From the NCBI GenBank assembly GCA_964654245.1, contig CAZZGO010000001.1, positions 1 to 63,190 on the forward strand: DNA of 63,190 nucleotides, in the 5' to 3' direction. This DNA is from an uncultured Pseudobdellovibrionaceae bacterium (GTDB taxonomy: Bacteria > Pseudomonadota > Alphaproteobacteria > Micavibrionales > Micavibrionaceae). The position numbers were made by a program, and so were the translations under genes. The first letter of the stretch is position 1. The number at the start of each line of letters is the position of its first letter. Under the pieces are notes generated by a model. The model was not told the origin of the DNA, searched no databases, and saw only the letters and a list, made by a program, of their open reading frames with translations. This document shows positions 19,054 to 28,245 of this stretch, in pieces.

Positions 19054-19832
19054 CTATCGCTCGCCGCCGTAAAATATCGAGGACATCCATAGGGCGACGA
19101 CGTTTTTTTCGTCGATCTGGGGACAGTCTGCCGCCTGTGAATACGTGGATTTTATCCTTCACCGATGTGATGGCATTAATGCTCACTTTCTTTGTCATGA
19201 TGTTTGCCATGTCACATCCCAAAGAAGAAGCTTGGGAAGATTTTGCCGATACGATCAAAACGAACTTCAGCAAATTCGACGGGCCTTCGGCATTTCGGGG
19301 GCCTGAAGAAGACATCCAGATTGACCAGATCAATTTCAATCAGGCACTCGATCTTTCTTACCTTAAGGCGATTATGGGTGTTTTATTGAAAGAAGAACCG
19401 AGCCTATCCCGTGTGCAGATGATTGAACAGCCGGGGGCTCTTATTCTCTCTCTACCGGATGACATCTTGTTTGAACCGGGGCAGGCCGATGTCAGGGCAG
19501 GATCAGACAAGGCACTTTATGCACTCGCCGGGTCACTCTCACGGATCCAAAATCGGATCGAAGTGGTAGGACATGCGGATCCCCGTCCTGTGACGGGCGG
19601 TGCCTTTTCCTCAAATTGGGATTTATCATTAGCGCGCGCCGCCCATGTGGCCGCCGTCTTGGAAAATGTCGGATATGACAGCCCCATAACGATCCGCGGG
19701 GCGTCAAGTGGACGGTATCGTGATTTATCCACACACATACCCGAAGAGTTGCGCCTGTCACTTTCCCGCCGGGTCGATATTGTCATTATGGAAGATGACG
19801 GCAGTACGATAAAACTTTTTGATATCCAGTAG
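19050..19832 (+). CDS. motB: MotB/OmpA-family flagellar motor protein
   Basis: 260 aa with NTWILSFTDVMALMLTFFVMMFAM (MotB TM with conserved Asp). The OmpA-like C-terminus is IEVVGHADPRPV...SNWDLSLARAAHVAAVL...RRVDIVI. Confidence 0.72.
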   Translation: MTIARRRKISRTSIGRRRFFRRSGDSLPPVNTWILSFTDVMALMLTFFVMMFAMSHPKEEAWEDFADTIKTNFSKFDGPSAFRGPEEDIQIDQINFNQALDLSYLKAIMGVLLKEEPSLSRVQMIEQPGALILSLPDDILFEPGQADVRAGSDKALYALAGSLSRIQNRIEVVGHADPRPVTGGAFSSNWDLSLARAAHVAAVLENVGYDSPITIRGASSGRYRDLSTHIPEELRLSLSRRVDIVIMEDDGSTIKLFDIQ

Positions 19833-19886
19833 ATATCTCCCGTCCCCTGCTTGTGGGGTTTTGCGTGCTATGGCAAGGTTTTAACC

Positions 19887-22800
19887 ATGTTTTTTAAACG
19901 CTGGACAGCCTCTCTCTTTTTGGGTGCCGTTATCCTGTCTTTCTGGCCTTTGGGTGCGGGGGCGCAAGAGGACGTGACGGTGCGTTCCGGTGTGCATCCA
20001 TCTTATAGCCGCTTGGTGTTTGATTGGCCGGGCATCCCGGATTATGTGGTGGCACAACAGGGGCAGAAACTGACGATTACTTTTTCCCAACCTGCCAATG
20101 CCGATATCGCCGCCGTGTCGGATCGCGATTTGCCGAATATCAAGAATTTCAAAATTGCCGCGACATCTCCGCTCACCTTAACTCTGGATATTCCGGCAGA
20201 AAGCCGTGTGCGCCATTTTTCGGCAGGTGACCGCATGGTGTTGGATGTTTACGGCGCAGGACAAGAAAGTACAAAATTATCTGCCGTTAAAGAAGACACA
20301 AAAAAAACACCGCCAGTTAAGCCCGTGCCTGATCAGAAAACACCGGACAAAAAGCCACCGCCATCTGAAAAGACACCCCCTCAAGCACCTAAAGCAGAGA
20401 CACAAAAACCGGATCAAGCTTTACCGGTCGCGCCAGCTTCTGCGGCCTCGGTTCCTGCCAAGGGAGACTCTGTCGAAGTTGCCCAGCCCGTGACACCTGT
20501 TCAAAACGAAGCGGTGGCATCCGCGTTGACAGAGCCGCAGGTGATTACCTTGACCTCAACCGAAGCCATGGGGCTTGCTGTGTTTGATCGCGGCGGGTTT
20601 GCCTGGATTGTTACCGATCAACCCGGCATGACGTCTGAGCCCAGTATCGCCGGGTCACAAAAAAACCTGTTGGGCACTCTTGATCGTAAGGACATGACAG
20701 GCGGCACGGCTTTCCGTGTGGCACTTCCAAAAGGGGCGCATATTCATGCCGAAGGCGGGGGATTGGTCTGGCGCGTGATTGTTTCTCCCAAGATGCCTTC
20801 GTCAAAACCTGTTTCTGTGACACGGGAAACAACGCCAACACCCAGTTTGCGATGGCCGATGACGGGAACGAGAAAATTACTGACGGTCATGGATCCGGTG
20901 TTCGAAGATCAGATCCGGATTGTGACCGTAGAGACCCCGGATCAATTTTCAGGAAATCCCCTTGACTTTATTCCCGTCAGAACCTTGCGGTCTGCGGTGG
21001 GGTTGGCCGCGGTTGCCAAGGCCGATGATCTTGAGATTAAAGTCAACAGAGATGGGGTCACCATGACCCGTCCGCAAGATATGCCATTGGCACGGCCTGA
21101 AGATGTGAAATTATCTTCTTTAAGTCAGGCAGGAATGTCCATCTCTACGGATCAGGAACCAAAACAAGAATCCCCATTACCTTCTGCCGAAAGTCCTGCT
21201 GTTCCGGCAGTGACGGGAGCCGCGGAGATGTCCCGTATATATTATTTTGATCGCTGGGAAATGGGGGGGACGCGCGCGCTGGATGAAAATGAACGGCTTT
21301 TGATGAAATCACTTTCCCAAAAACCTCAGGATCAGCAGACGGAAGAATTGGTAACTCTGGCCAAGCTTTCGTTGGCGAATGACAGGGGTGTTGAATCGTT
21401 GGGATATTTGCGCGTGGCCTTGATGGAAACGCCCGAGCTTGAGGATAATAATGAATTCGTCGCCTTGCGCGGGGCGGCCTCATTGGCGGCAGGGCGTCCA
21501 GACGAGGCCATTATTGATTTATCACGAGACGCATTAAAAGATATTGGTGAATTGGCGTATTGGCGATCTGCCACACTCGGGGCGCTTGAAGATTGGGCTC
21601 AGGCGCTCTCGGTTTTGCCGTCATCGTTTGATGTTTTGGCACAATATCCTGACCATGTGCGGGACCCGATGGCCATTCGCTTGGCCGAGGTGGCTTTACG
21701 TGGGGGGAAGCCTGAGATCGCCAAAGGGCTCTTGGGTATGATGGAAAAAAACAAAGATATCCTACCACCCGCCCAAAAAGCCGCATGGGCCTATTTAATG
21801 GGAGAAACACAGCGTCAAATGGGACAAACGGCCAAGGCCGAAGAATTATGGACCCCCCTCATTACAGGTCCGGATGATTATCACCGGGCGAAAGCAGGCT
21901 TGTCGCTCACGAAGCTTCAACTTGATAATAACAAACTCACCCCGGCGCAGGCGATTGATCGGCTAGAGGGGCTTCGTTATCTCTGGCGCGGGGACGAATT
22001 GGAAACACTGATCAATTACAGATTGGGTCAAGTGTATATTCAAAATGGTGATTATCTAAAAGGTCTTTCGGTACTTCGCAATGCCGCTTCATTGTTCCCT
22101 GAATCCCCGATGGGCAAAGAAGTCACCACCTATATGACTAAAACATTTCGTGACCTGTTCATGCAAGGCGGCGCGGATAAAATTAAACCGCTGGATGCTG
22201 TAACCGTTTATGATGAGTTCAAGGAATTAACCCCCGCCGGTGCAGAAGGGGATGCCTTTATAGAACGTCTCGCCGAACGGCTGGTGGATGTGGATTTATT
22301 GGGGCGCGCGGGGACGCTTCTTGAAAACCAAGTGACACATCGGTTAGAGGGAGAGGATAAAGCGCGGGTCGCGCTTCGGCTGGCGGCGATCAGACTTCTC
22401 GATAGCAAACCCGAAGGGGCTTTGCGGGCACTTGATCTGGCACAAAGTATCTATGAAGCAAAACCCGAAGGCATGACCGAAGCACAGGATAAAGATATCC
22501 GGCTTTTGCGGGCGCGAGCTTTGGCGAAAATGAAAAAAGTGGATGAGGCGTTTGAGGTTCTAGGGGGATTGAAGGTTGATCCGAACTTAACGCGCCTCAA
22601 GGTTGATACCGCTTGGTCTGCCGGGAAATGGGATGACGCGGCAGATGCCTTGAATGATTTGATTATCGAAGAAGACATCTCCCTCACCCGTCCGTTGACA
22701 CCCTATCAGGTGGATTTGATTTTAAACCGGGCGATCGCCCTTAATCTGGGAGGGAACCGCGTCGCCTTGGGGAGTATGCGTGAGCGTTTTGTCGATGCGA

Positions 22801-22955
22801 TGAAACAAACAGACAAGGCCCAGCTTTTTGATGTGGTCACACGTCCACGCCAGATGGGGTTGATTGGGACACGCGAAAACATTACCTCGTTGATGTCCGA
22901 AGTGGATATGTTCAAAGACTTTCTTGAAAGCTATCGGAAGATCAAACCGGAATAG
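19887..22955 (+). CDS. large secreted/periplasmic protein: N-terminal beta domain, Pro/Lys-rich linker, C-terminal TPR-like region
   Basis: The ORF was trimmed to ATG 19887, which gives a signal peptide (MFFKRWTASLFLGAVILSFWPLGAGAQE). It has an AMIN-like segment (VRSGVHPSYSRLVFDWP...KLTITF), the linker KKTPPVKPVPDQKTPDKKPPPSEKTPPQAPK, and a long helical-repeat C-terminal half. Confidence 0.6.
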   Translation: MFFKRWTASLFLGAVILSFWPLGAGAQEDVTVRSGVHPSYSRLVFDWPGIPDYVVAQQGQKLTITFSQPANADIAAVSDRDLPNIKNFKIAATSPLTLTLDIPAESRVRHFSAGDRMVLDVYGAGQESTKLSAVKEDTKKTPPVKPVPDQKTPDKKPPPSEKTPPQAPKAETQKPDQALPVAPASAASVPAKGDSVEVAQPVTPVQNEAVASALTEPQVITLTSTEAMGLAVFDRGGFAWIVTDQPGMTSEPSIAGSQKNLLGTLDRKDMTGGTAFRVALPKGAHIHAEGGGLVWRVIVSPKMPSSKPVSVTRETTPTPSLRWPMTGTRKLLTVMDPVFEDQIRIVTVETPDQFSGNPLDFIPVRTLRSAVGLAAVAKADDLEIKVNRDGVTMTRPQDMPLARPEDVKLSSLSQAGMSISTDQEPKQESPLPSAESPAVPAVTGAAEMSRIYYFDRWEMGGTRALDENERLLMKSLSQKPQDQQTEELVTLAKLSLANDRGVESLGYLRVALMETPELEDNNEFVALRGAASLAAGRPDEAIIDLSRDALKDIGELAYWRSATLGALEDWAQALSVLPSSFDVLAQYPDHVRDPMAIRLAEVALRGGKPEIAKGLLGMMEKNKDILPPAQKAAWAYLMGETQRQMGQTAKAEELWTPLITGPDDYHRAKAGLSLTKLQLDNNKLTPAQAIDRLEGLRYLWRGDELETLINYRLGQVYIQNGDYLKGLSVLRNAASLFPESPMGKEVTTYMTKTFRDLFMQGGADKIKPLDAVTVYDEFKELTPAGAEGDAFIERLAERLVDVDLLGRAGTLLENQVTHRLEGEDKARVALRLAAIRLLDSKPEGALRALDLAQSIYEAKPEGMTEAQDKDIRLLRARALAKMKKVDEAFEVLGGLKVDPNLTRLKVDTAWSAGKWDDAADALNDLIIEEDISLTRPLTPYQVDLILNRAIALNLGGNRVALGSMRERFVDAMKQTDKAQLFDVVTRPRQMGLIGTRENITSLMSEVDMFKDFLESYRKIKPE

Positions 22956-22957
22956 AT

Positions 22958-23743
22958 TTATCCTGTGGGTAGGACAGGGGTACCATCAAAGCTCTGGATC
23001 AACGATCCACAGATGAGATACCACCCATCGACCAGTACAAAAAAGACAATCTTGAACGGCAGAGAGATCGTGACCGGCGGCAACATCATCATCCCCATCG
23101 ACATCAGGATAGACGCCGTCACCATATCAATAATCAAGAACGGCAAAAACAGCATAAATCCAATTTCAAACGCCCGTTTGAGTTCAGAAATCATGAAGGC
23201 CGGCACGATCACTTGAATAGGGGTATCGATGATTTGTTCAGGCGGCTCTGTTTTGCTTAAATCCATGAATAACTGCAAATCCTGTTCACGAACATGTTTT
23301 AACATGAACTCCTTAAAGGGCGTGATGCCGCGTTCGAAGGCGGTGACTTCGTCAATTTCTTCGTTGATCATCGGCTTGAGGGCATTGTTATACGCAGACT
23401 CAAACGTGGGTGCCATGATGAAAAAGGTCAGGAACATGGCCAAAGACACCATGACCGTGTTCGGCGGTGTCTGTTGAATGCCGATGGCCGTTCTTAAGAA
23501 AGACAGCACCACCACAATGCGGGTGAATGAGGTCATCATGATGAGAATGGAGGGCGCGAGCGACAACACCGTGAGCAAGAGCACCAGTTGAATAACGCGT
23601 CCGGAAACAGTGCTGGTTCCTTCTTCCCCACCGCCCAGATCAACGGTAAAAGCCTGCGCGAGTGCGGGCGAACTGGCCAGGACAAGGCCAGCTAGAATCG
23701 CAAGCCCAGCCAGCAGACATAATTTGGGGTTAAACCGAGGCAT
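22958..23743 (-). CDS. fliP: flagellar export apparatus protein FliP
   Basis: The ORF was trimmed to ATG 23743 (signal-like N-terminus). The conserved FliP core is LLLTVLSLAPSILIMMTSFTRIVVVLSFLRTAIGIQQTPPN...PAFMISELKRAFEIGFMLFLPFLIIDMV. Confidence 0.92.
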   Translation of the reverse strand: MPRFNPKLCLLAGLAILAGLVLASSPALAQAFTVDLGGGEEGTSTVSGRVIQLVLLLTVLSLAPSILIMMTSFTRIVVVLSFLRTAIGIQQTPPNTVMVSLAMFLTFFIMAPTFESAYNNALKPMINEEIDEVTAFERGITPFKEFMLKHVREQDLQLFMDLSKTEPPEQIIDTPIQVIVPAFMISELKRAFEIGFMLFLPFLIIDMVTASILMSMGMMMLPPVTISLPFKIVFFVLVDGWYLICGSLIQSFDGTPVLPTG

Positions 23744-24026
23744 GTTCGCTACCCTTTTCGTTACCCTTAATATTGGTTTCCACCACAGTTTCGCCCGTGG
23801 GCGATAAAATAACAAGATGCTGAACATCATCCCGTTCAATCATCATCAACTTTCTGCGGGAGTCGAGGGGGAGAACTTCCAGGATTTTCAAACGCCGTTT
23901 GCCCCCGGCCAGCGTGGACATGCCTTGTCCCATGCCCAGACGTTTCATGACATAGGCCAGCCCCCCCATGAGCGAGAGGACAAACACAAGAGCCACAACA
24001 AATTTCAAATAATCATAAGCTTCCAT
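23730..24026 (-). CDS. fliO: flagellar export protein FliO
   Basis: 98 aa with a single TM helix (LKFVVALVFVLSLMGGLAYVM), then RLKILEVLPLDSRRKLMMIERDDVQHLVIL. It overlaps the fliP start. Confidence 0.7.
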   Translation of the reverse strand: MEAYDYLKFVVALVFVLSLMGGLAYVMKRLGMGQGMSTLAGGKRRLKILEVLPLDSRRKLMMIERDDVQHLVILSPTGETVVETNIKGNEKGSEHASV

Positions 24027-24033
24027 CGGTTTT

Positions 24034-24339
24034 TTACTTTTTTGGCTGGGTCAGATCGGCTTTTAACTCTTCAAGGCTTTTACTCAAATCCTCCAGATGG
24101 CCAATCATGTCGGCGATCAGCGGTTGCATTTCCATGGCCTGTGCGGGGGGGAGTTTAAATGTATCATCGCATAATTGGCTTACCTTGGCGTCCAACCCCA
24201 TCAGGTTGACATTTTGACCCTGACGTACCTGATGGTGAGCGTCTATGATAAAATCAGTGAGAGCCCTCATTCTGTCCTGAAGAGAATAAAGATCATTCAT
24301 GAGGTCAGGGGGTTCCTTTGTCTTCCTTCTTCTTATCAT
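24034..24339 (-). CDS. small helical protein of unknown function in the fliO-fliP operon
   Basis: 101-aa ORF between the flhB-C-like gene and fliO, overlapping the former's 3' end. ATG 24300 (MNDLYSLQDR...) is an alternative start. I recognise no motif. Confidence 0.35.
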   Translation of the reverse strand: MIRRRKTKEPPDLMNDLYSLQDRMRALTDFIIDAHHQVRQGQNVNLMGLDAKVSQLCDDTFKLPPAQAMEMQPLIADMIGHLEDLSKSLEELKADLTQPKK

Positions 24340-24700
24340 CAGTCAAAAGCGCATCAAAGGGATTTGGTTGCCCGTTGGCGCGATACACATATGACATGAT
24401 TTCGGCGACGGCCGAAAAAGCTTCGGGGGGGATGGGGCTGTCGATTTCAATCGCCGCCAGCATTTCGGCCAGCGCGCTATCTTCGCGGATGCGGATATCA
24501 TTGTCATAAGCCAGTTGCAGGATTTGCTCGGCAATTTTTCCCCGTCCGGCCGCCACCACTTGGGGAACCTTACGTTCCAGCGTGCGGTCTTTGAGGGCGA
24601 CAGCCGTCTGACGTTTTGATTTTTCCTTTATATTTAAGGGCCTTAGTGGGTCATCCGCCGCAGGGCTCATGGGGTCGGGGTCTTGGGGGGTCATTGGCAC
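24305..24700 (-). CDS. FlhB C-terminal-domain-like protein (EscU/YscU/HrcU-type, stand-alone)
   Basis: 131 aa. TAVALKD...VPQVVAAGRGKIAEQILQLAYDNDIRIREDSALAEMLAAIEIDSPIPPEAFSAVAEIMSYVY parallels the C-terminal domain of the full-length FlhB at 27112..28194, but it has no TM domain and no NPTH motif. Confidence 0.75.
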   Translation of the reverse strand: MPMTPQDPDPMSPAADDPLRPLNIKEKSKRQTAVALKDRTLERKVPQVVAAGRGKIAEQILQLAYDNDIRIREDSALAEMLAAIEIDSPIPPEAFSAVAEIMSYVYRANGQPNPFDALLTDDKKKEDKGTP

Positions 24701-24709
24701 GATTTCTGC
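24695..24709 (+). promoter_or_regulatory. sigma-54 (-24/-12) type promoter upstream of flgB
   Basis: TGGCAC-GATTT-CTGCA has one mismatch and correct spacing, and lies 40 nt before the flgB ATG. It overlaps the GTG/ATG start region of the divergent flhB-C-like gene. Confidence 0.55.
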
Positions 24710-24748
24710 AAATTTTGATCCAGAAGGTTCGCCTATTTTAAGGGGTAT

Positions 24749-25162
24749 ATGATGACATTACAAAACATTCCTTTGATGAAAGCCATGAGCGCGAAGATGA
24801 ATTATCTCGAAAAGCGTCAGGGCGTCCTATCCGAGAATATTGCGAATGCCGATACGCCGAATTACCGGGCGCGTGACCTTACCAAGGTCGATTTTGGCAG
24901 TGTCCTGAAAGATGTTGTTAAAACAGACCGCGTGCGTTTGGCCACCACTCAGCCGGGTCACATGCCACCCCCGGGCGAAATTGAAACCGCCAAGGACGCC
25001 AAACAGAAGATTACCTACGAAGTGGCGCCAGCAGGGAACGCTGTGGTGATCGAAGAGCAGATGGTCAAAGCCAATGAAACCAATATGGAATACACGTTGT
25101 TGACGAATTTAATGCGCAAGCAATCCAACATGATCCGCACGGCATTAGGTCGTGGTCAATAA
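24749..25162 (+). CDS. flgB: flagellar basal-body rod protein FlgB
   Basis: 137 aa with LEKRQGVLSENIANADTPNYRARD, followed by flgC. Confidence 0.9.
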   Translation: MMTLQNIPLMKAMSAKMNYLEKRQGVLSENIANADTPNYRARDLTKVDFGSVLKDVVKTDRVRLATTQPGHMPPPGEIETAKDAKQKITYEVAPAGNAVVIEEQMVKANETNMEYTLLTNLMRKQSNMIRTALGRGQ

Positions 25163-25193
25163 GGATATAACTTTGATAAGGGAGTAAAAAATT

Positions 25194-25613
25194 ATGGCAG
25201 AAGATAGTTTATTTGGGGCCATGACAACATCGGCGTACGGAATGCGGGCACAAGGGGAACGCACCCGTGTTATATCTGAAAACATCGCCAATGCGAATAC
25301 GGCCGCGAATACGCCGGACAGCGAGCCGTATAACCGGAAAATCATTACCTTTAAAAACGAAATGGATCGCCAGCAAGGACAGCGTCTGGTCAAGGTTGAT
25401 GATATCCGCGACGACAAGGAAAAAGATTTTCCTTTAAAATATATGCCGGATCATCCTGGGGCGAATGCCGAAGGATATGTCAAAATGCCTAATGTCAATA
25501 GCTTGATTGAACTGACCGATATGCGAGAAGCACAGCGTTCCTATGAAGCCAATCTGGGGATGATGGAACAAAGCCGAACCATGGCACAAAGAACAATTGA
25601 TATGTTGAGATAA
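25194..25613 (+). CDS. flgC: flagellar basal-body rod protein FlgC
   Basis: 139 aa with SAYGMRAQGERTRVISENIANANT ... GYVKMPNVNSLIELTDMREAQRSYEANL. Confidence 0.92.
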   Translation: MAEDSLFGAMTTSAYGMRAQGERTRVISENIANANTAANTPDSEPYNRKIITFKNEMDRQQGQRLVKVDDIRDDKEKDFPLKYMPDHPGANAEGYVKMPNVNSLIELTDMREAQRSYEANLGMMEQSRTMAQRTIDMLR

Positions 25614-25651
25614 GATAAAATAGAGTATCTTAAAGCGTAAAGGAATCTCCG

Positions 25652-25963
25652 ATGGTTGATAAAATTGCCAATCCCGCCGTTGCTGCCAGTGCCTATGCTA
25701 ACACAGCCAAAGGTGCCTCATTGCCCGGCATCGGACAGGAACAGGACGCCTCGTTTGGGGATGTCCTGAAAAATATGGCTGTTTCGACGATCCAGACCTT
25801 AAGAGCCGGGGAAACAGCCTCGGCACGTGCGGTGACGGGTTCTGCCAGCCTGCCCGAAGTTGTCCAAGCCGTGAATGCCGCCGAATTGACCCTTCAAACC
25901 GTTGTGGCCGTGCGTGACCGGTTAATCGGCGCGTATCAGGAAATTATGCGGATGCCCATTTAA
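25652..25963 (+). CDS. fliE: flagellar hook-basal body complex protein FliE
   Basis: 103 aa with the C-terminal LPEVVQAVNAAELTLQTVVAVRDRLIGAYQEIMRMPI. Confidence 0.85.
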   Translation: MVDKIANPAVAASAYANTAKGASLPGIGQEQDASFGDVLKNMAVSTIQTLRAGETASARAVTGSASLPEVVQAVNAAELTLQTVVAVRDRLIGAYQEIMRMPI

Positions 25964-26049
25964 GGCAGACTTGATTTGATACGTAAAAAATCGGGGACAG
26001 GGCATTTTTTTGTTTATCTGACCTGTCTGTCATCTGATAGGTTATATCC

Positions 26050-26316
26050 ATGAACCAGACAGAAATTATCGAACTGGCACGCGAGGCTGTGATACTCACG
26101 CTACAGATTGGCGCGCCGGTGATGATTGTCGGGCTGATTGTTGGTGTTTTGATTGCGCTGGTTCAGGCTCTAACCCAGATTCAGGAAATGACACTGGTGT
26201 TCGTTCCCAAAATTATTGCCATTTTTGCCGCCATCTTTTTTCTGTTCCCGGCCTTTGTATCCGTCATGACCGCGTACATGCAAAATCTTGCAGAACGCAT
26301 CATCGGCATGGGATAG
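26050..26316 (+). CDS. fliQ: flagellar export apparatus protein FliQ
   Basis: 88 aa, two TM helices, ...ALVQALTQIQEMTLVFVPKI... Confidence 0.92.
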   Translation: MNQTEIIELAREAVILTLQIGAPVMIVGLIVGVLIALVQALTQIQEMTLVFVPKIIAIFAAIFFLFPAFVSVMTAYMQNLAERIIGMG

Positions 26317-26331
26317 AGGGCATAGGCGGCC

Positions 26332-27108
26332 ATGCTCACGCTTGAAACATTCCTGAGCGATATGGTCTTCGGGTTTTTCCTGATTTTTGTTCGTCTGGGG
26401 ACGGCATTAATGATTATGCCGGGTCTAGGTGATTCCTTTGTTCCCCAAAATATACGTTTATTTATGGCACTCGGGTTATCCTTCGTGATGTTACCCTTGA
26501 CCTTGCCGTTCGTGCCGTCGCCTGTGCCGGGCATGAATATGATGTTATCCCTGATTTTCATGGAATTTGTCATTGGGTTATTAATAGGAACCGTGGCGCG
26601 TATATTAATGACGGCGCTGGATACGGCGGGGATGATTATTGCCAGCACATCAGGATTGGCGAACGCGCAGGTATTTAACCCGTCCATGGCCGCGCAAGGG
26701 TCTGTGGTGGGGGCGTTCTTGTCTGTGACGGGGGTATTGTTTATTTTTGCCACTAATCTTCACCACATGTTGATTTATGGCTTGGTTGAAAGTTATCAGA
26801 TGTTTCCGATTGGCGGCATCCCGGATTCAGGAAGTATGGCTGACCTGATTTCCCGAACGGTCTCGATCAGTTTCAAGACAGGACTTTTGATGGCCATACC
26901 ATTTATTGTTCTTACGTTGATGGTCAATATTTTGATGGGGGTGCTCTCGCGCCTGATGCCCCAGTTGCAGGTATTTATTCTGGTACTTCCGGTTCAAATT
27001 ATCCTGACCTTACTGGTTCTCTCCCTCACGCTGTCGTCCATGTATTTATTCTGGGCCACCCAGTTTCAAGACGGCATCACGTTTTTTTATCAATCGGCGG
27101 GGAAATAA
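26332..27108 (+). CDS. fliR: flagellar export apparatus protein FliR
   Basis: 258-aa polytopic membrane protein between fliQ and flhB, with FliR-like blocks (FLIFVRLGTALMIMPG..., GLLIGTVARILMTALDTAGMII). Confidence 0.9.
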   Translation: MLTLETFLSDMVFGFFLIFVRLGTALMIMPGLGDSFVPQNIRLFMALGLSFVMLPLTLPFVPSPVPGMNMMLSLIFMEFVIGLLIGTVARILMTALDTAGMIIASTSGLANAQVFNPSMAAQGSVVGAFLSVTGVLFIFATNLHHMLIYGLVESYQMFPIGGIPDSGSMADLISRTVSISFKTGLLMAIPFIVLTLMVNILMGVLSRLMPQLQVFILVLPVQIILTLLVLSLTLSSMYLFWATQFQDGITFFYQSAGK

Positions 27109-27111
27109 CCC

Positions 27112-28194
27112 ATGGCCGAAAGTGATAACGAAGCCGACGATTCCCAGAAAACAGAAGACCCCACGCCCAAAAAACTGGAGGATGCGCGGAATAAGGGACA
27201 GGTGGCACTGTCCCGAGAAATTAATAACTGGGTGATCCTGTTTATGGGGACGCTGATTATTCTAGCTGTGGGCCCTGGCATGATGATGTCCTTGGCGCAA
27301 TATCTTCAGACATATCTGGAACAGGCGCACACACTCCCGCCGCCGCCGGGGGGCATGGGGGTTCTGGTGGCAGACACGTTTATCGAGGTGCTTAAGATTC
27401 TGGCACTTCCATTTCTGCTTATGATGGCCGCCGCTTTTTTGGGCACCTTTATTCAAATTGGCGCGTTGTTTTCATTTGAGACCATTAAACCGGATATCAG
27501 CAAGATCTCTTTGATTCAGGGTTTCACGCGCCTTTTTTCTGGCCGGGCGATTGTCGAATTCATTAAAGGGATCTTGAAACTGGTGGTGATCGGGGTGGTG
27601 GGGGCGATGTTGCTCTTTCCATTTTTAGGCAATCTGGATCACATGGTCGGGCTTCCTCTACGTGAGACCATGTTTGAAATTTCGGATATGACGCGCCGGC
27701 TTATGATTGGCGTGCTCGTCGCACTTCTGGTTATTGCCGTGATTGATCTGGTGTATCAACGCGCCGAGCATTACAAAAAAATGCGCATGACCAAACAGGA
27801 ATTAAAAGACGAATACAAACAATCCGAAGGCGACCCGCATGTGAAAGCCAAGTTGCGCCAGTTACGTCAGGAAAAAGCCCGCGCCCGGATGATGCAGGCT
27901 GTCCCCACCGCCGATGTCATTATCACGAACCCAACCCATTTTTCGATTGCGTTAAAATACGATCCAGACGAAATGGCCGCCCCGACTCTGGTTGCCAAGG
28001 GGGTGGATGATCTGGCCTTGCGTATCCGTGAGGTGGCCAAGGAACATGATGTGCCGCTGGTACAAAACCCCCCATTGGCGCGTGTTCTTTTCGATAAGGT
28101 TGACGTGGATCAGGCCATCCCCCCTGAACATTACAAGGCCGTAGCCGAAGTCATTTCCTATGTCTTCCGTTTAAAGGGAAAACTTAAGGTTTAG
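27112..28194 (+). CDS. flhB: flagellar export switch protein FlhB
   Basis: 360 aa with KTEDPTPKKLEDARNKGQVALSRE, four TM helices, MTKQELKDEYKQSEGDPHVKAKLRQ, and the autocleavage motif ITNPTHFSIALKY. Confidence 0.93.
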   Translation: MAESDNEADDSQKTEDPTPKKLEDARNKGQVALSREINNWVILFMGTLIILAVGPGMMMSLAQYLQTYLEQAHTLPPPPGGMGVLVADTFIEVLKILALPFLLMMAAAFLGTFIQIGALFSFETIKPDISKISLIQGFTRLFSGRAIVEFIKGILKLVVIGVVGAMLLFPFLGNLDHMVGLPLRETMFEISDMTRRLMIGVLVALLVIAVIDLVYQRAEHYKKMRMTKQELKDEYKQSEGDPHVKAKLRQLRQEKARARMMQAVPTADVIITNPTHFSIALKYDPDEMAAPTLVAKGVDDLALRIREVAKEHDVPLVQNPPLARVLFDKVDVDQAIPPEHYKAVAEVISYVFRLKGKLKV

Positions 28195-28245
28195 GTTGCC
28201 TGTACACTGGTCAATATCCTCTGAAAATGGCATTCTGGCACTCTG

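Noticed and set aside
26181-26753. 190-aa ORF antisense to fliQ/fliR
   Set aside because: It overlaps two well-supported export-apparatus genes on the other strand and has no recognisable motif. It is a shadow ORF. The same reasoning applies to the many 60-130-aa antisense ORFs in the track.
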